Both the position numbers and the translations under genes were made by a program. The notes beneath the pieces are model-generated. The model was not told where the DNA came from and made no database searches. It worked only from the letters and a program-made list of their open reading frames with translations. From Octopus sinensis (lineage: Eukaryota), in NCBI RefSeq assembly GCF_006345805.1, contig NC_043015.1, positions 49,352,001 through 49,416,000 of the forward strand: a stretch of DNA of 64,000 nucleotides, written 5' to 3'. Below, piece by piece: positions 14,105-28,007 of the stretch; the first letter of the stretch is position 1; every line of letters starts with the position of its first letter.

Positions 14105-15745
14105 GAAGCTCTTCTATGTTCAGGACCTTGCTCTTATAGGTGAATCACTACCTGAGCCAGACAGGAAGTTCCAGGTATGGAAACAAGGTCTAGAATCAAA
14201 GTGCCTTAGAGTTAACCTAGCAAAAAACCAAAGTCATACTAAGTAGGAAGGCAGACAAATCACAAATCCCCTCAGGTAGACGGCCCTGCTTAATCTGTAA
14301 AAAAAGGTGTAGATAGAAACTCCATAAGATGCACCCAGTGTAAGCTTTGGACACACAAAAGGTGCAACAACATCAAAGGAAGGTTAACAGAGAAAACTAA
14401 CTTTTGCATGTAGAAGGTGCACAGGTATATTAAATGCTGAACATGAGCAGAAAATAGACTCCATCAACTGCCAAGGGGGAAAACTAGAGGTAGTAGCTTC
14501 TGGTATCCACGCAACCAGGTTAGTAGTGGAGGTGGTTGTTCCGAAAGTGTAGCTGTGAGGATAAGATTAGGCTGGGCAAAGTTCAGAGAGTCCCTATTCC
14601 TGCTGGCAACAAAGGGCCTCTCTCTCGGAGTGAAAGACAGATTTTTTTAATGCCTGTATGTGGACAGCTATGCTGCATGGCAGTGAAACATGGGCTGTTA
14701 CAGCCAAGGACATGCATAGGCTTGAGAGAAATGAAGCCAGTATGCTTCGCTGGATGTGCAACATCAGTGTGCATGTTCGACAGAGTGTAAGCATCTTGAG
14801 AGAAAAGTTAGGCATAAGAGGAATCAGATGTGGTGTGCAAGAGAGACGACTGTGCTGGTATGGTCATATGATGTGTATGGACGAGGACATTTGTATAAAG
14901 AAGTGCTAATCTCTAACTGTGGAGGGAGCTTGTGGTAGAGGTAGACCCAGGAAGACATGGGACGAGGTGGTGAAGCATGACCTTCAAACTTTGAACTTCA
15001 CAAAGGTAATGACTAATGACTAAGACCTTTGGCGATGTACTCTGCTGAAAACTGTTAAACCAAATGCACCCGTGCTGGTGGCACATAACAAAATCAACCT
15101 TTGAACATTGGGCCTCATGGAAGCAAAGTGGCCGAGTACCTTTTAAGCATGGGCTTGATGAAGGCAAAGTGGCTGAGTTCCTTTCGAGTGTTGGGTCTCA
15201 CAGATGTGAGGTGGCTGAGTTCCTTTTGAGCGGGCCTCATGGAGGCAAGGTGGTTGAGTTCCTTTCAAGCACTGGGCCTCAAGGAGGCAAAGTGGTCGAG
15301 CTCCTGGGCCTCATGGAGGCAAAGTGAATGAATTCCTTTTGATTGTGGAGCCTCACGAAGGTGACGTGGCTGAGTTCCTTTCGAGCGTTCGGCCTCATGG
15401 AGGCACAGTGGCTGAGCTCCCCTCGAGTGTTGGGCCTCACAGAGGCAATGACCAAGACTATTGGCATTATGTCATGTTTGAGAAGAAGATCCATCAAGCT
15501 GGGCAAAATCGTAGTCATGGCAGATACCAGTGTCACACAAATGGCACCTGTGCCGGTGGCACATAAAAGCACCCATTACACTCTCGGAGTGGTTGGCGTT
15601 AGGAAGGGCATCCAGCTGTAGAAAACCATGCCAAATCAGATGGATCCTGGCGCAGCCTTTCAGAGGGCCAGCCCAGTCAAACCATCCAGCCCATGCCAAC
15701 ATGGACAACGGACATTGAACGATGATGATGATGATGATGATGATG
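14105..15745 (+). pseudogene. Decayed RTE-clade LINE: RT C-terminal half plus 3' UTR
   Basis: LYVQDL (YADD-equivalent), KTKV, AMLHGSETW, RRLCWYGH, GRGRPRKTW motifs with frameshifts; (GAT)n tail. Confidence 0.85.
15097..15460 (+). repeat. ~42-bp minisatellite, nine units, inside the RTE copy
   Basis: GGGCCTCATGGAGGCAAAGTGGCTGAGTTCCTTTCGAGCGTT-like units. Confidence 0.85.
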
Positions 15746-16334
15746 AAGTTCATGTATGAAATTGATCTTTGTTCTACTTCAATTATTACATATTTTTCAC
15801 CTATAAAAATGCACACAAACAGGAGTAGTAAATTATATATATAATAATACTCTGAGTGTGGCTCCTGGAACACAGTAAAAGTAATTACCCAATCAATGAA
15901 GAGTATTACTGCTAGTGTATATATATATATATCGGAAGGGCATCCAGCTGTAGAAACATTGCCAGATAAAACTGGAGCCTGGTGCAGCCTTCTGGCTTCC
16001 CAGATCCCCGGTCGAACCGTCCAACCCAAGCTAGCATGGAGAACGGACGTTAAACGATGATGATGATGATGATGATGATATATATACTCACACACACACA
16101 CATACACACATACATACATATAAATACATATTTATATAAATAAGGATAAGCTCGATATTTAAATATCAATCTTATCAGGTGGCCAGCATGGGAATAGAAA
16201 CCTTCAAAGGTAATAATTATTTAAAATTAAATTTAGGGTATCTAAGAGATACCACCACGTGGGTAGAGTCAAAACTTCAAAACTTGACTCTAAAACCACA
16301 TTAAATGTTCATACAAACATATATATATATATAT

Positions 16335-16732
16335 TTACTCTTTTACTTGTTTCAGTCATTTGACTGTGGCCATGCTGGAGCACCGCCTTTAGTCGAGCAA
16401 ATCGACCCAGGACTTATTCTTTGTAAACCTAGTACTTATCCTATCGGTCTCTTTGCCGAACCACTAAGTGACAGGGATGTAAACACACCAGCATCGGTTG
16501 TCAAGCAATGCTAGGGGGACAAACACAGACACACGAACATACACATACACATATATATACATATATATACGACGGGCTTCTTTCAGTTTCCATCTACCAA
16601 ATCCACTCACAAGGCTTTAGTCGGCCCGAGGCTATAGTAGAAGACACTTGAACAAGGTGCCACGCAGTGGGACAGAACCTGGAACCATGTGGTTGGTAAG
16701 CAAGCTACTTACCACACAGCCACTCCTGCACC
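16335..16732 (-). mobile_element. SINE family A
   Basis: Full-length reverse copy. Confidence 0.9.
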
Positions 16733-17289
16733 TATATATATAAGATATCGTGTACATTAAAACTCATGTTTAAATATATATATATATATATATATACAAA
16801 CACACATGCATGAGTGTTCTGAAAGTCTAATAAACAGTCTTTTATGCCACTTAAAGAGGTCATTCACAAAAACATTTTCTTAGAAACCAGTTCAATTGAA
16901 GTAAAACAGAATAAATATGAGAACAACTTTTATTGTCTGGTGTCTATCCGTAAGAAGCAAGTGAACTTGTCACACAGCAGAAATGGGTTAAACACATTAA
17001 AAGTTAAAGAAACATCATTCATTATCATTCATTATTATTATGAGAACATTTGTATTATTAATAGTGAAAGTGTTTATAAAGGCGTTCTGTGGTAACTTAT
17101 ATCAGCACTGCATGCATCATACATCTATTACTAGTTATCTCGGTTGCTAATCTAGGAAACATAGAATTTCGTCAAATGTGGCTCTTGGAGAATCGGCAGA
17201 GTGAAATGTTGCTTCCCAGTAAATAAATTAACATCTAAGCCCTGCAGTATGTATTGTCCAGTTGCTTGCTATATTTCACACATTTGAAA

Positions 17290-17315
17290 CAGCCAATACA
17301 TAGATATAAAAGATA
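17290..17315 (+). promoter_or_regulatory. Candidate CCAAT box plus TATA box
   Basis: AGCCAAT then TATAAAAG in unique, CpG-retaining sequence. Confidence 0.3.
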
Positions 17316-18547
17316 AGTGGCCGTGCTCCTGGGCTACTTTGCGTAGAACGACAAAAGCGATTTATGTAAACGACATTACTTGAGCGTGAAATAATATCGT
17401 GTTTTACTCAACATCTTAAATAAGGAAATGAATGAAAGAACTACAAAGAAGATTAAAAGTGTCTGTGGTTTTTTTGTCGTTGGATTCAGTCCAGCTATTC
17501 ACAGTGAAGTTAGTGATTTGGGTCAGGTTAGTAATATTGTATTTACCAATTTAAGAGTTGTTATTAGCAATGGTTCGCAATAAATTTAGCGTGACATTCC
17601 AGGCTCTATGCTTGACATAGTAAAGAGCGAATACATTCGAATAGGAAAATAATGTTCATGTTATAAATATTTATTTCTGTGTTATTTAGGTATTTTATGG
17701 TGGGAGCGAAGTGAAATATCGGTGATGCATGAAATTGCTCTTCAAGTATACAATGTCAAATAGGAGTGGGAGATGCCGAAATAACTAGATTTTTTTGCAT
17801 TGATATGGTTAATTTAATTTACGGCAAAGAAACATAATCTGTGCCTTGTGAGTGAATTTCGAATATGGACACTATATACAAATCCTTCAAGTGTTTGTAT
17901 ATTGTCATCATCATCATCATTATCATCATTTCGCGAAAGCGAAATCGAATTGAACCAGCCAGGATCCCTGGCTTCCGTGCTGGTGGCACATAAAATACAC
18001 CAATCCGACCGTGGCCGTTGCCAGCCTCGCCTGGCACCTGTGCAGGTGGCACGTAAAAAGCACCCACTACACTCACGGAGTGGTTGGCGTTAGGAAGGGC
18101 ATCCAGCTGTAGAAACATTGCCAGATAAGACTGGAGCCTGGTGCAGCCTTCTGGCTTCCCAGGTCCCCGGTCGAACCGTCCAACCCGTGCTAGCATGGAG
18201 AATGGACGTTAAACGATGATGATGATGATGATCATCATCATCATTCAATTTCTGTTTTCCAAGCTGGCATGGGTTGGACTGTTTGACAAGAGCTGACAAG
18301 CCAGAGAGCTACATCAAACTCTAATTATCTGTTTCGGCATGGCTTCTGCAGCTGGATATCCTTCCTAATGCCAGCCACTATACAGAGTGTACTGGGTGCT
18401 TTTTTCTTTTACATTACACTAGCACTAGCTCTGAAACACACTGCTAACACAGGTAGGATGAAATAAGTGTCAGCAGAACACACGGGGCCATATAATTAAC
18501 TAAACCCCTCCCCATAAAATTGCTGGCCTTGTTATTACTATTGTTAT

Positions 18548-18981
18548 TACTCTTTTACTCTTTTACTTGTTTCAGTCATTTGACTGCGGCCATGCTGGAG
18601 CACTTCTTTAAGTCGAGCAAATCGACCCCGGGACTTATTCTTTGTAAGCCCAGTACTTATTCTATCAGTCTCTTTTGCCGAACCGCTAAGTGACGGGACG
18701 TAAACACACCGCATCGGTTGTCAAGCAATGCTTGTGGGGACAAACACAGACACACAAAACATATATATATATATATAATATATATAATATATATATATAT
18801 ATATTATATATATATATACATATATACGACAGGCTTCTTTCAGTTTCCGTCTACCAAATCCACTCACAAGGCATTGGTCGGCCCGGGCTATAGCAGAAGA
18901 CACTTGCCCAAGATGCCACGCAGGGGACTGACCCGGAACCATGTGGTTGTTTAGCAACTACTTACCACAACAGCCACTCCT
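18548..18981 (-). mobile_element. SINE family A
   Basis: Full-length reverse copy. Confidence 0.9.
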
Positions 18982-19134
18982 ATTATTATTATTATTGTTG
19001 TTGTTGTTGTTGTGTGGTTCTTCTTCATTTGTGATAAAGTTGAATTTATTGTTTACAGAGGAATTTTATGTTTGCGTAGCTCTATACATTTATAGAATTT
19101 CAATGAAGATTATATCTAACTATCTCATGTCTTG

Positions 19135-19360
19135 TTTCTTTACTGCCCACAAGGGACTAAACATAGAGGGGACAAACAAGGACAGACAAACGGATTAACT
19201 CGATTATATCAACCCCAACGCGTAACTGGTACTTATTTAATCGACCCCGAAAGGATGAAAGGCAAAGTCGACCTCGTCGGAATTTGAACTCAGAATGTAG
19301 CGGCAAACGAAATACCGCTAAGCATTTCGCCTGGTGTTCTGACGTTTCTGCCAGCTCCCT
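19135..19360 (-). mobile_element. SINE family B
   Basis: Reverse copy. Confidence 0.9.
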
Positions 19361-19364
19361 GCCT

Positions 19365-19605
19365 GGAGGCACATGGCCTAGTGGTTAAAGCAGCAGACTC
19401 ACGGTCAAGGGATAGCAGGTTCGAATCTCAGACCGGGCAAAGCTCCATGTGGCTCTGGCAGAAGGTAATGGCGAACATCTGCTGACTCTTTCGCCATGAC
19501 TTTCTCACGATCTTTCCTCCTGCATCTAGCATCTCACCTGCAACAGACTGGGAGACAGGCCCTTATGAGCCGACATGGCTCAAGAAGGAACGAGCAACAA
19601 CAAAA
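19365..19605 (+). mobile_element. SINE family C (tRNA-derived)
   Basis: TGGCCTAGTGGTTAAAGC A-box, GGTTCGAATCTC B-box; related to 34772 and 52530. Confidence 0.75.
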
Positions 19606-19665
19606 CATCTATCTATCTACCTATATTATATATATATATATTATATACTATATATATATATATAT

Positions 19666-20099
19666 ATTCTCTTTACTCTTTTACTTGTTTCAGGCATCTG
19701 ACTGTGGCCATGGTGAAGCACCACCTTTAGTCAAGCAGATCGACCCCAGGACTTATTCTTTGGATGCCTAGTACTTATTCTATCGGTCTCTTTATGCCGA
19801 ACCAATAAGTTACGGGGACATAAAGACACCAGCATCGGTTGTCAAGCAATGTTGGGGGTAGGGGGAAAACACAGACGCACAAACAAATACACACACATAC
19901 ATACAGATATATATATATATATATATATACATATATACGATGGGCTTCTTTCAGTTTCTGTCTACCAAATCCACTCACAAGGCTTGGTCAGCCCGAGGCT
20001 ATAGTAGAAGACACTTGCCTAAGGTGCCACGCAGTGTGACTGAACAAGGAACCATGTGTTGGTAAGCAAACTACTTACCACAACAGCCACTCCTACACC
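19666..20099 (-). mobile_element. SINE family A
   Basis: Full-length reverse copy. Confidence 0.9.
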
Positions 20100-20739
20100 T
20101 ATATATATATATATAATATATATATATATATAAGTTTAGTTTTAACCTCTCCATTCTTATAAACACCAATTAGCTATTTAATTTGCTTTGTAATCGTGAA
20201 TGCACCAAACCATGCGTGTGCATATGCTTACATTTTCGCGGATGGTTCCATGAACCAGTGTACAGATGCCATGCATCTTAAACGAGAGCTTTATACACCC
20301 ATATTTATTAACAATTATTTTCAATACTTTTCAGGCAGTATAGCATGTTTATTTCTTTTTTTTTTTTGCATCCGTGATTTTATTTTTGATCTTCTAAGTA
20401 AATGAAGACATTTCCTTCGTTTTGCTGCTTTTCGAAGCTGGACACTATATGCAAAAATCCTTCAAGTGTATGTACATTGTCATTGTTATCATCCCTGTTG
20501 TCATCGTCATCATCATCATCATTAAATTTCTAAGAAATGAGAAGACACATTGCGGAACTGTTATTTTAATGAGTTGTGTCTGTTTATCGCCCAATGAGGA
20601 CATCTGCACTGCCGGACGCTCTTGAAGCAGTTGTCAAGTGTCCCACCAGTGAGGGATTGATGTTAGATGTGTCGAAAGAATTGCCATGATTAATAATAAA
20701 AATTCTCATATGTTCCATCTTCTGTCTTTCATTTACCAT

Positions 20740-20742
20740 GTA

Positions 20743-20775
<33 letters not shown>

Positions 20776-21069
20776 GTATATATATATATACACACACACA
20801 CATATACACATACATATATATATATATATATAGTGTGTGTATGTATGTGTATATATGTATGTATATATATATGTGTGTGATATATATATATGTAGATATG
20901 TGTGTGTATATATATATGTATATATATATATATACACACACACACATATTACATATATATACACACACACATATATATACATATGTATATACACACACAC
21001 ACACACACACTATATATATATATACATATATATATACACATACATATATATATATATATACAACAATAA

Positions 21070-21130
<61 letters not shown>

Positions 21131-21275
21131 CATACACACATACAAGCTGAAACAGTGACTCACATAAACAAACAAACATACATACACAGTATATACATAG
21201 ATCAAATGAGAAAGAGAGAAACAAAGGGAGCATGCATGCATGCATGTGTGTGTGAGTGTGTGTGTGTGTGTGTGT
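20740..21275. repeat. Compound (ATCT)n/(TA)n/(CA)n microsatellite
   Basis: Direct reading. Confidence 0.9.
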
Positions 21276-21759
21276 GAATAACAAAAATCAAAAGCATAAA
21301 AAGAAACAAAGAAACAAACAAAGAAACAGAAAAACAAAAACAAAATAAATCAATGGAGAAGAAGGAGACAGCAGACTGCGTGGAATCCATTTTTGAATGG
21401 AAGAAAAATTCTTCATAGAACAACCGAACGTCTGTAAGGAATCGGTATTTTAGCTTAAAGAAAGATAAAGGCAGAGATTAGTGATTATCTATAGTAGCAT
21501 ATGAAACAAGAGTCTTTATATGCTCCACCAGTAAAATAAATAATAAGGGATTTCGGTTCATTCATAGATTCATTTAGGTTAGTCACTAATTGTATACAGT
21601 GTATAAATGGTGATATGTAAAACTATATTACTTCCGTCTGTTGAAATGTTTGTTTATGTTCTTGTAATCAACTAACCCCATTCCTACCCCTAAAACCGCT
21701 GGCTCTGTGCCAAAATCAGAAAGAAATATTATTATTATTATTATATTATTATTGCTCTT

Positions 21760-22300
21760 CTTCTTCTTATTATTATTATTATTATCATTATTATCATTAT
21801 TATTATTGAGTGAGAGAGCAGTGCATGCCATCAAAGCGACACTGGGGTAAAATATACAAAGCCCAGTATAACCATCATGACTACCCATCTGATAAGGATA
21901 CACTAGGCACGTGCATCACAGCCATATGTGCACAACATGGTGATCTTATATCATGATAAACAGTGCAAGACCTTGCAGATGGGGCCCAGTTAGAATTTTC
22001 TTCTGGTCAAGTAGCCCATCCTGTTTCAAAGGTCCCTGAATAACGGTTGTTTAAGGATGTTGAACGAAACACCCATGTTTCCAGAGGTGAATTATCTAAA
22101 GTTCAAAGAATTCCTCTTGACACATGGCTATGATGCTCCCCAACAACTTCTACTCGTGATCAGAGATGCACATATCGTCAGCCACTGAGGGACATGCTCA
22201 ACTGGTTAAGGTCAAACAACTGACAAGCAAATCTGTGGTATTGAGCAGAATATTTGCTGTAGCCCATCTTTTATACCAAGACAAAACAATGTACATTAAT
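21760..22300 (-). mobile_element. Unclassified non-LTR-type repeat with (AAT)n tail
   Basis: Its 3' end CACTGCTCTCTCACTC(AAT)n recurs at 22540-22640(-) and 63457-63660(+). Confidence 0.65.
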
Positions 22301-23019
22301 ATTATTATTATCATTATCATCATCATCATCATTATTATTATTATTATGCAAGCTGGCAGAACTGTCAGTATTCTGGGTAAAATGCTTAGCGGCATTTCAT
22401 CCATCTTTACATTCTGAGTTCAAATTCTGCCAAGGTTGACTTTGCCTTTCATCAGTCCCCCTCCCATAAAATTTCAGACCTTGTGCTTTTAGAAGAAAGA
22501 ATTATTATTACTATTATTGTTATTATTATTATTATTATATTATTATTAGTGAGAGAGCAGTACATACCATCAAAATGACACTGGGGTAAAATATATGAAG
22601 CCCAGTATACCCATCATTACTACCCGTCTGATAAGGCATCACAACCCTAACCCTAACCCCTGCAAAGAACCTTGGGCAAGTATATTCTACTATAGCCTTA
22701 TGAGTGTATTTGGTAGAGAGAAACTAAAAGAAGCCCTTGAATGTGCATGTGTGTGTGTGTATGTATGTATGTGTTTGTGTATATCCATCATGACTGTTTG
22801 ACAACCAGTGTTGGAGTGTTATGTCTCTATAACTTAGCAGTTCGGCAAAAGAGACCAATAAAGAAAAAAAAAACAAATAAATATTGGGGTCGATTTGTCT
22901 GACTAATATTCTTCAAGGCAGTGCCCCAGCATGGCCACAATCTAATGACTGAAACAAGTTTTTAAAAAAAGTGTGTGTGTGTGTGTGTGTGTGGTGTGTG
23001 AAAGAGATAGAAACTTTTA

Positions 23020-23494
23020 AAGGCGCCGAGCTGGCAGAAACGTTAGCACGCCGGGCAAAATGTTTAGTGGTATTTCGTCTGCCGTTACGTTCTGAGTTCA
23101 AATTCTGCCAAGGTTGACTTTGCCTTTCATCCTTTTGGGGTTGATTAAATAAGTACCAGTTACGCACTGGGGTTGATATAATCGACTTAATCTGTTTGTC
23201 TATCCTTGTTTGTCCCCTCTGCATGCAGCCCCTTGTGGGCAATAAAGAAATTATTATGTATTGCAGGTCAAGGCAGTGAGCTGGCAGAAACGCTAGCACA
23301 CCGGGCGAAATGCTTCGCAGTATTTCGTCTGCCGCTATGTTCTGAGTTCAAATTCCACCGAGGTCAACATTGCCTTTCATCCTTTAGGGGTTGATTAAAT
23401 AAGTACCAGTTATGTACTGGGGTCGATATAATCAACTTAATCCATTTGTCTGTCCCCTCTTTGTGTAGCTCCTTGTGGGCAGTAAAGAAATAAG
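23020..23494 (+). mobile_element. Two adjacent SINE family B copies
   Basis: 23020-23251 and 23268-23494. Confidence 0.9.
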
Positions 23495-23849
23495 ACATTA
23501 CATCTGAGACCAATTAGAGTAACATCCAGTAATATCATTTATTGCTTAGGAGCCACAGAATCTTCCTCTTTCACTGGAACAATTAATTGATTTTTCGTTA
23601 TCCTATAATTTATCTTACGCTGGTGATATTCAGCATCTGTAATATACTACCATGTGCTACTGATATCTAAAAATCTATAATATGCTACTGTTTATTCCAT
23701 GGCCCTGATATCCAGCAATCATAGTATGTAACCATTTATTCCATGCCATTTATATCTAGCATCCACCAGTTGAGTATCTAAGAGAGAAAGAAGCGAAGAT
23801 AAAGGTGAACCACTGTAGCCTATGGGTTAATGTGCATATAGACACATGC

Positions 23850-24201
23850 AGGCAATGTGTTCGTGCGCACGCACACACACACATATGGAGACACACACAT
23901 ACATACACACGCACATGGACACAGACACACACATGCACAAACACATTGATAGACAGACACAGACACACATGAATACAGACACACACATGGACACAGACAG
24001 ACACATACTCAGAAGCAACACAGAAACCTATAGACAGACAGACCACACACACAATACAGATAGATGCACAAACACAGTACACACACACATGCACACACGC
24101 TCACACAAACACATACACACACTCAGATCAACAAACACCTACAGACAGACAGACAGATACATACACAAACAGTATAGATAAATGCTCAAACACAGTACAC
24201 A

Positions 24202-24239
<38 letters not shown>

Positions 24240-24274
24240 ACTCAACAGACACCTATAGACAGACAGACACACAT

Positions 24275-24306
<32 letters not shown>

Positions 24307-24610
24307 TCAAATCAACAGACACCTATTGACAGACATACACACACACACACACAATATAGATAGATGCTCAAACAGTGCACACACACAACACACACACACT
24401 CAGGTCAACAGACATCTATAGACAAATAGACAGACAGACACACACCCACACACACTCAAATCAACAGACACCTATAGACAGACAGACAGACACACACACA
24501 CACACTCAAATCAACAGACACCTATAGACAGACAGACAGACAGACACACACACACTCACACACACTCAGATCAACAGACACCTATAGACACACACACACA
24601 CACACACATC
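23850..24610. repeat. CA/CAGA-rich compound satellite with ~40-bp higher-order units
   Basis: CTCAAATCAACAGACACCTATAGACAGAC recurs several times. Confidence 0.8.
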
Positions 24611-24999
24611 TATGCATACAGCACCAGCTTATTTTACTTGCTTTAATTAACGTCCTGCACTGAATCCAATGTGCCTCTCCATACCGCCAGACCGTTTCCA
24701 CAGTCAGTAAGTACCCTCTCACATTACAGTTATCGAGGGTGAGCACTTTTGTTTCCCAATCACAAGAACCAACATTGTTGTTCTATGCCATTTCTAGAAC
24801 AAATATTTAAAGAAACCATTCGATATACATTCACAACAATTAACAAAAGGAGTCAATGCTGAATCCACCCAGTTTGTTCAAAGTCGACGGAGAGTTTCAA
24901 TTAATAATTCTGAAAACGTGATATTTCCCAACAACAGATAACGAAGACAGAAATTACAAATATAAAAACAAAAAAAAAATAAAGAACTAAAAATGAAGA

Positions 25000-25171
25000 G
25001 GCGTAGGAGTGGCTGTGTGGTAAGTAGCTTGCTTAACCAACCACATGGTTCCGGGTTCAGTCCCACTGCGTGGCATCTTGGGCAAGTGTCTTCTGCTATA
25101 GCCCGGGGCCGACCAATGCCTTGTGAGTGGATTTGGTAGACGGAAACTGAAAGAAGCCTGTCGTATATATG

Positions 25172-25203
<32 letters not shown>

Positions 25204-25441
25204 GTGTGGTGTGTTGTTGGTCTGTGTTTGTCCCCCTAGCATTGCTTGACAACCAATGCTGTGTGTTTACGTCCCTGTCAATTAGTGGTTCGGCAAAAGA
25301 GACGAATAAAAAATAAGTACTGAGCTTACAAAGAATAAGTCCCGGGGTCGATTTGCTCGACTAAAGGCGGTGCTCCAGCATGGCCGCAGCCAAATGACTG
25401 AAACAAGTAAAAGAGTAAAAGAGTAAAAGAGTAAAGAGTAA
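25000..25441 (+). mobile_element. SINE family A
   Basis: Full length with (GAGTAAAA)n tail. Confidence 0.92.
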
Positions 25442-26075
25442 GAGAGAAATAAATTTGCATTTGTTTTGTCTTCATAGTTTCCACTGGTTCCTTCCAGTCT
25501 TTCTAGCTAAAAATTTATGTCCATATATTATCACAACATTATAACGAAGTAATATTAACGATTCACAGATTTTTTTTCCCCTCTGTTTCCGACCATAGGT
25601 TTTCCTGTTTCAATAGCATTTATGGTCAGTTTTAATACCACAACACCTCCCGCTGCATTCCAATAATTAATCCAATTTAGGGAGGCCTCAGCTGGGATGA
25701 AGATAAGTGGGCGTAAGATAATTAGATATAATGTACAATGTTATAAAATGCATCGCCTCCCACCACAGTGGTAACTTTAAGCCTCCTACCACACAGAATC
25801 ATTCCAGGCAATGACTTACCTCCCACTCCTCCCTTTTATCGCATAGCAACAGTTAAGCTTGCTTCCAAACCACATGGTTCGGGGTTCAGTTCCACTGTGT
25901 GGCACCTTGTGCAAGTGTCTTCAACTAAAGCCCCAGGCTGACCAAACCCTTGTGAGTGGATTTGTAGGCGGAAACTGAAAGAAGCCCAGCACATACGTAC
26001 ATATATATTAAAAGGGAGGGTACAATATGTACCTGTTTGCAAACATTTCAGGCCTTGTGCCTAGAGTAGCAAAGA

Positions 26076-26113
<38 letters not shown>

Positions 26114-27872
26114 TGTTCTCATCTAATCTAACTTATATATATACAGTCCTTGTTTTTCATAGTACTAGTGGCATTCACATGGGATACTTATGAGGCTGTT
26201 TTTAACCCCTTTGTTGCTAAAGACGAGAAAACAATGTCCCATGTTTGAATGATACCTCAAACATGCCACTGTATCAGATAAAGAAACCCTCATAACTCTT
26301 TGTAGGATCTACTTTGGAAGTTTCAATAAACTGAGCCCTTCAGTTTTTAATCCTTTCATTGTCATCATCGTCATCATTTTAATGTCCACTTTTCCATGCT
26401 CATATGGGAATTTGTTGAGATGGACTTTCTATGGATGGATGCCCTTCCTGTCACCAACTCTCACCAGTTTCAAAGCAAGGCAATACTTCTCCATGGCCAG
26501 AAATGTTTCATTGAAGATTGGAAATGAAGGATGCTGCTTGTATGATGGTGACACTCATTTACAATCATCACAAGATGCACACATGCTCACACACATACAC
26601 ACACCCAAGCACACACATACATCTATGTGCACACATGCCCACACATACACACAAGTATGTGCACACATGCCCATGCACATACATGTACGTGCATACACAC
26701 ACACACACACATGCAATGGGCTTCTTTCAGTTTTCCCCCCTATCAAATCCAGTCTGAAGGCTTTAATTGACCCAGCACTATAATACAAGATATTCAAACA
26801 AGATGCCAAGCTATGGGACTGAACATGGAACCATGTGGTTGGGAAGCTAACCTCTTACCCCACAGCCACACCTGTGCCTAGCAACATCTACACCTTTATT
26901 TCTAATAAAAGACAAATGAACAGCAATAACTGAACATTTCAGTTAATTTCGAAAATTACAGGAATTTAGTAGGGTTTTTGTGATGTTTAGAGTAACCGGT
27001 GAGTGAGGCAATTAAGAATTTAAGAATGTAATGTGTTTGCCACGGACAGAGCAGGGAGCTAGAAAAAAAATATGATCAGTCAGTCGACAGTTTTACTTGA
27101 AAGTCAATACATACACATATCACACACACACACACACACACAATACAGACACACACAAACATGTACACCACACACTCACAAGTGTGCATACTACAAACAC
27201 AGACAACATACTGAACTCATTCATGGAGACACACAAACAAACATAGACATACACACACACACATCGACACACCACACATAAACACAAACACATGCATAGA
27301 CAACACATACACACACAGAGGCATGCACACACACACAGACAGCATACACCACACACACATACATACACACATGCACGCACAAACACAAGCTGCAACCCTT
27401 TGATTGGTACTTAACTATTGAGCTGTTTTGCTCCTCCCCAGATCTACCCAAATCCACCCTGATCTAACAGACATTTGATTAAAGGCTTTTGTAAAAGGAG
27501 CTCAGTGCAGATTCGAAAAGCGTAAATGGTTTTGTGTGAAAAAGCATAACTTACAAATCTGACATAAAACAGATGAGATTGAAGTACATTTTAGAGTTGA
27601 TGTAATTGACCAAGTCTTTGAAGGTTCCAACATGGCTGCTGCTCTTGGAAGGAAAACAGTAAAAGAATAAAAGAATATATGTATGTGTGTAGGTATGTGT
27701 GTGCGTGTGTGTGTATGCCTGTATATATATGTGTGTGTGTATGTGTGTGTGAATGTAGGTATATATGTGTGTGCATGTGAGAATATATATATACATATAT
27801 ATAATAATGGTAATGGTAAGACAACAACAGAATGAAAGAGACCTCGATATTATGTAAATAGAGGAATTTATT

Positions 27873-27983
27873 TGTAATACAATATGTGACAATTATTCAG
27901 TTGCCATGATAAAACTCAGAGTTCCGGATGTCGGGGCGGAGTTTTATCATAGCAACCAAATAATTGTCACATATTATATTACA
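27873..27983. mobile_element. Short palindromic MITE
   Basis: AATATGTGACAATTATT TIRs; same family as 41991-42215. Confidence 0.75.
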
Positions 27984-28007
27984 CACACACACATATATAT
28001 ATATATA

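Noticed and set aside
19365-19440. tRNA-gene-like heads (also 34772, 52530, 53325)
   Set aside because: They have A/B boxes but continue into SINE bodies and have no complete acceptor stem
20400-20470. BIR-like peptide impression (RFAAFRSW)
   Set aside because: Too short, flanked by stops, and lacks downstream Cys/His ligands
22643-22660. Short CCCTAA run
   Set aside because: Only two to three units, at a junction; not enough to call an interstitial telomere
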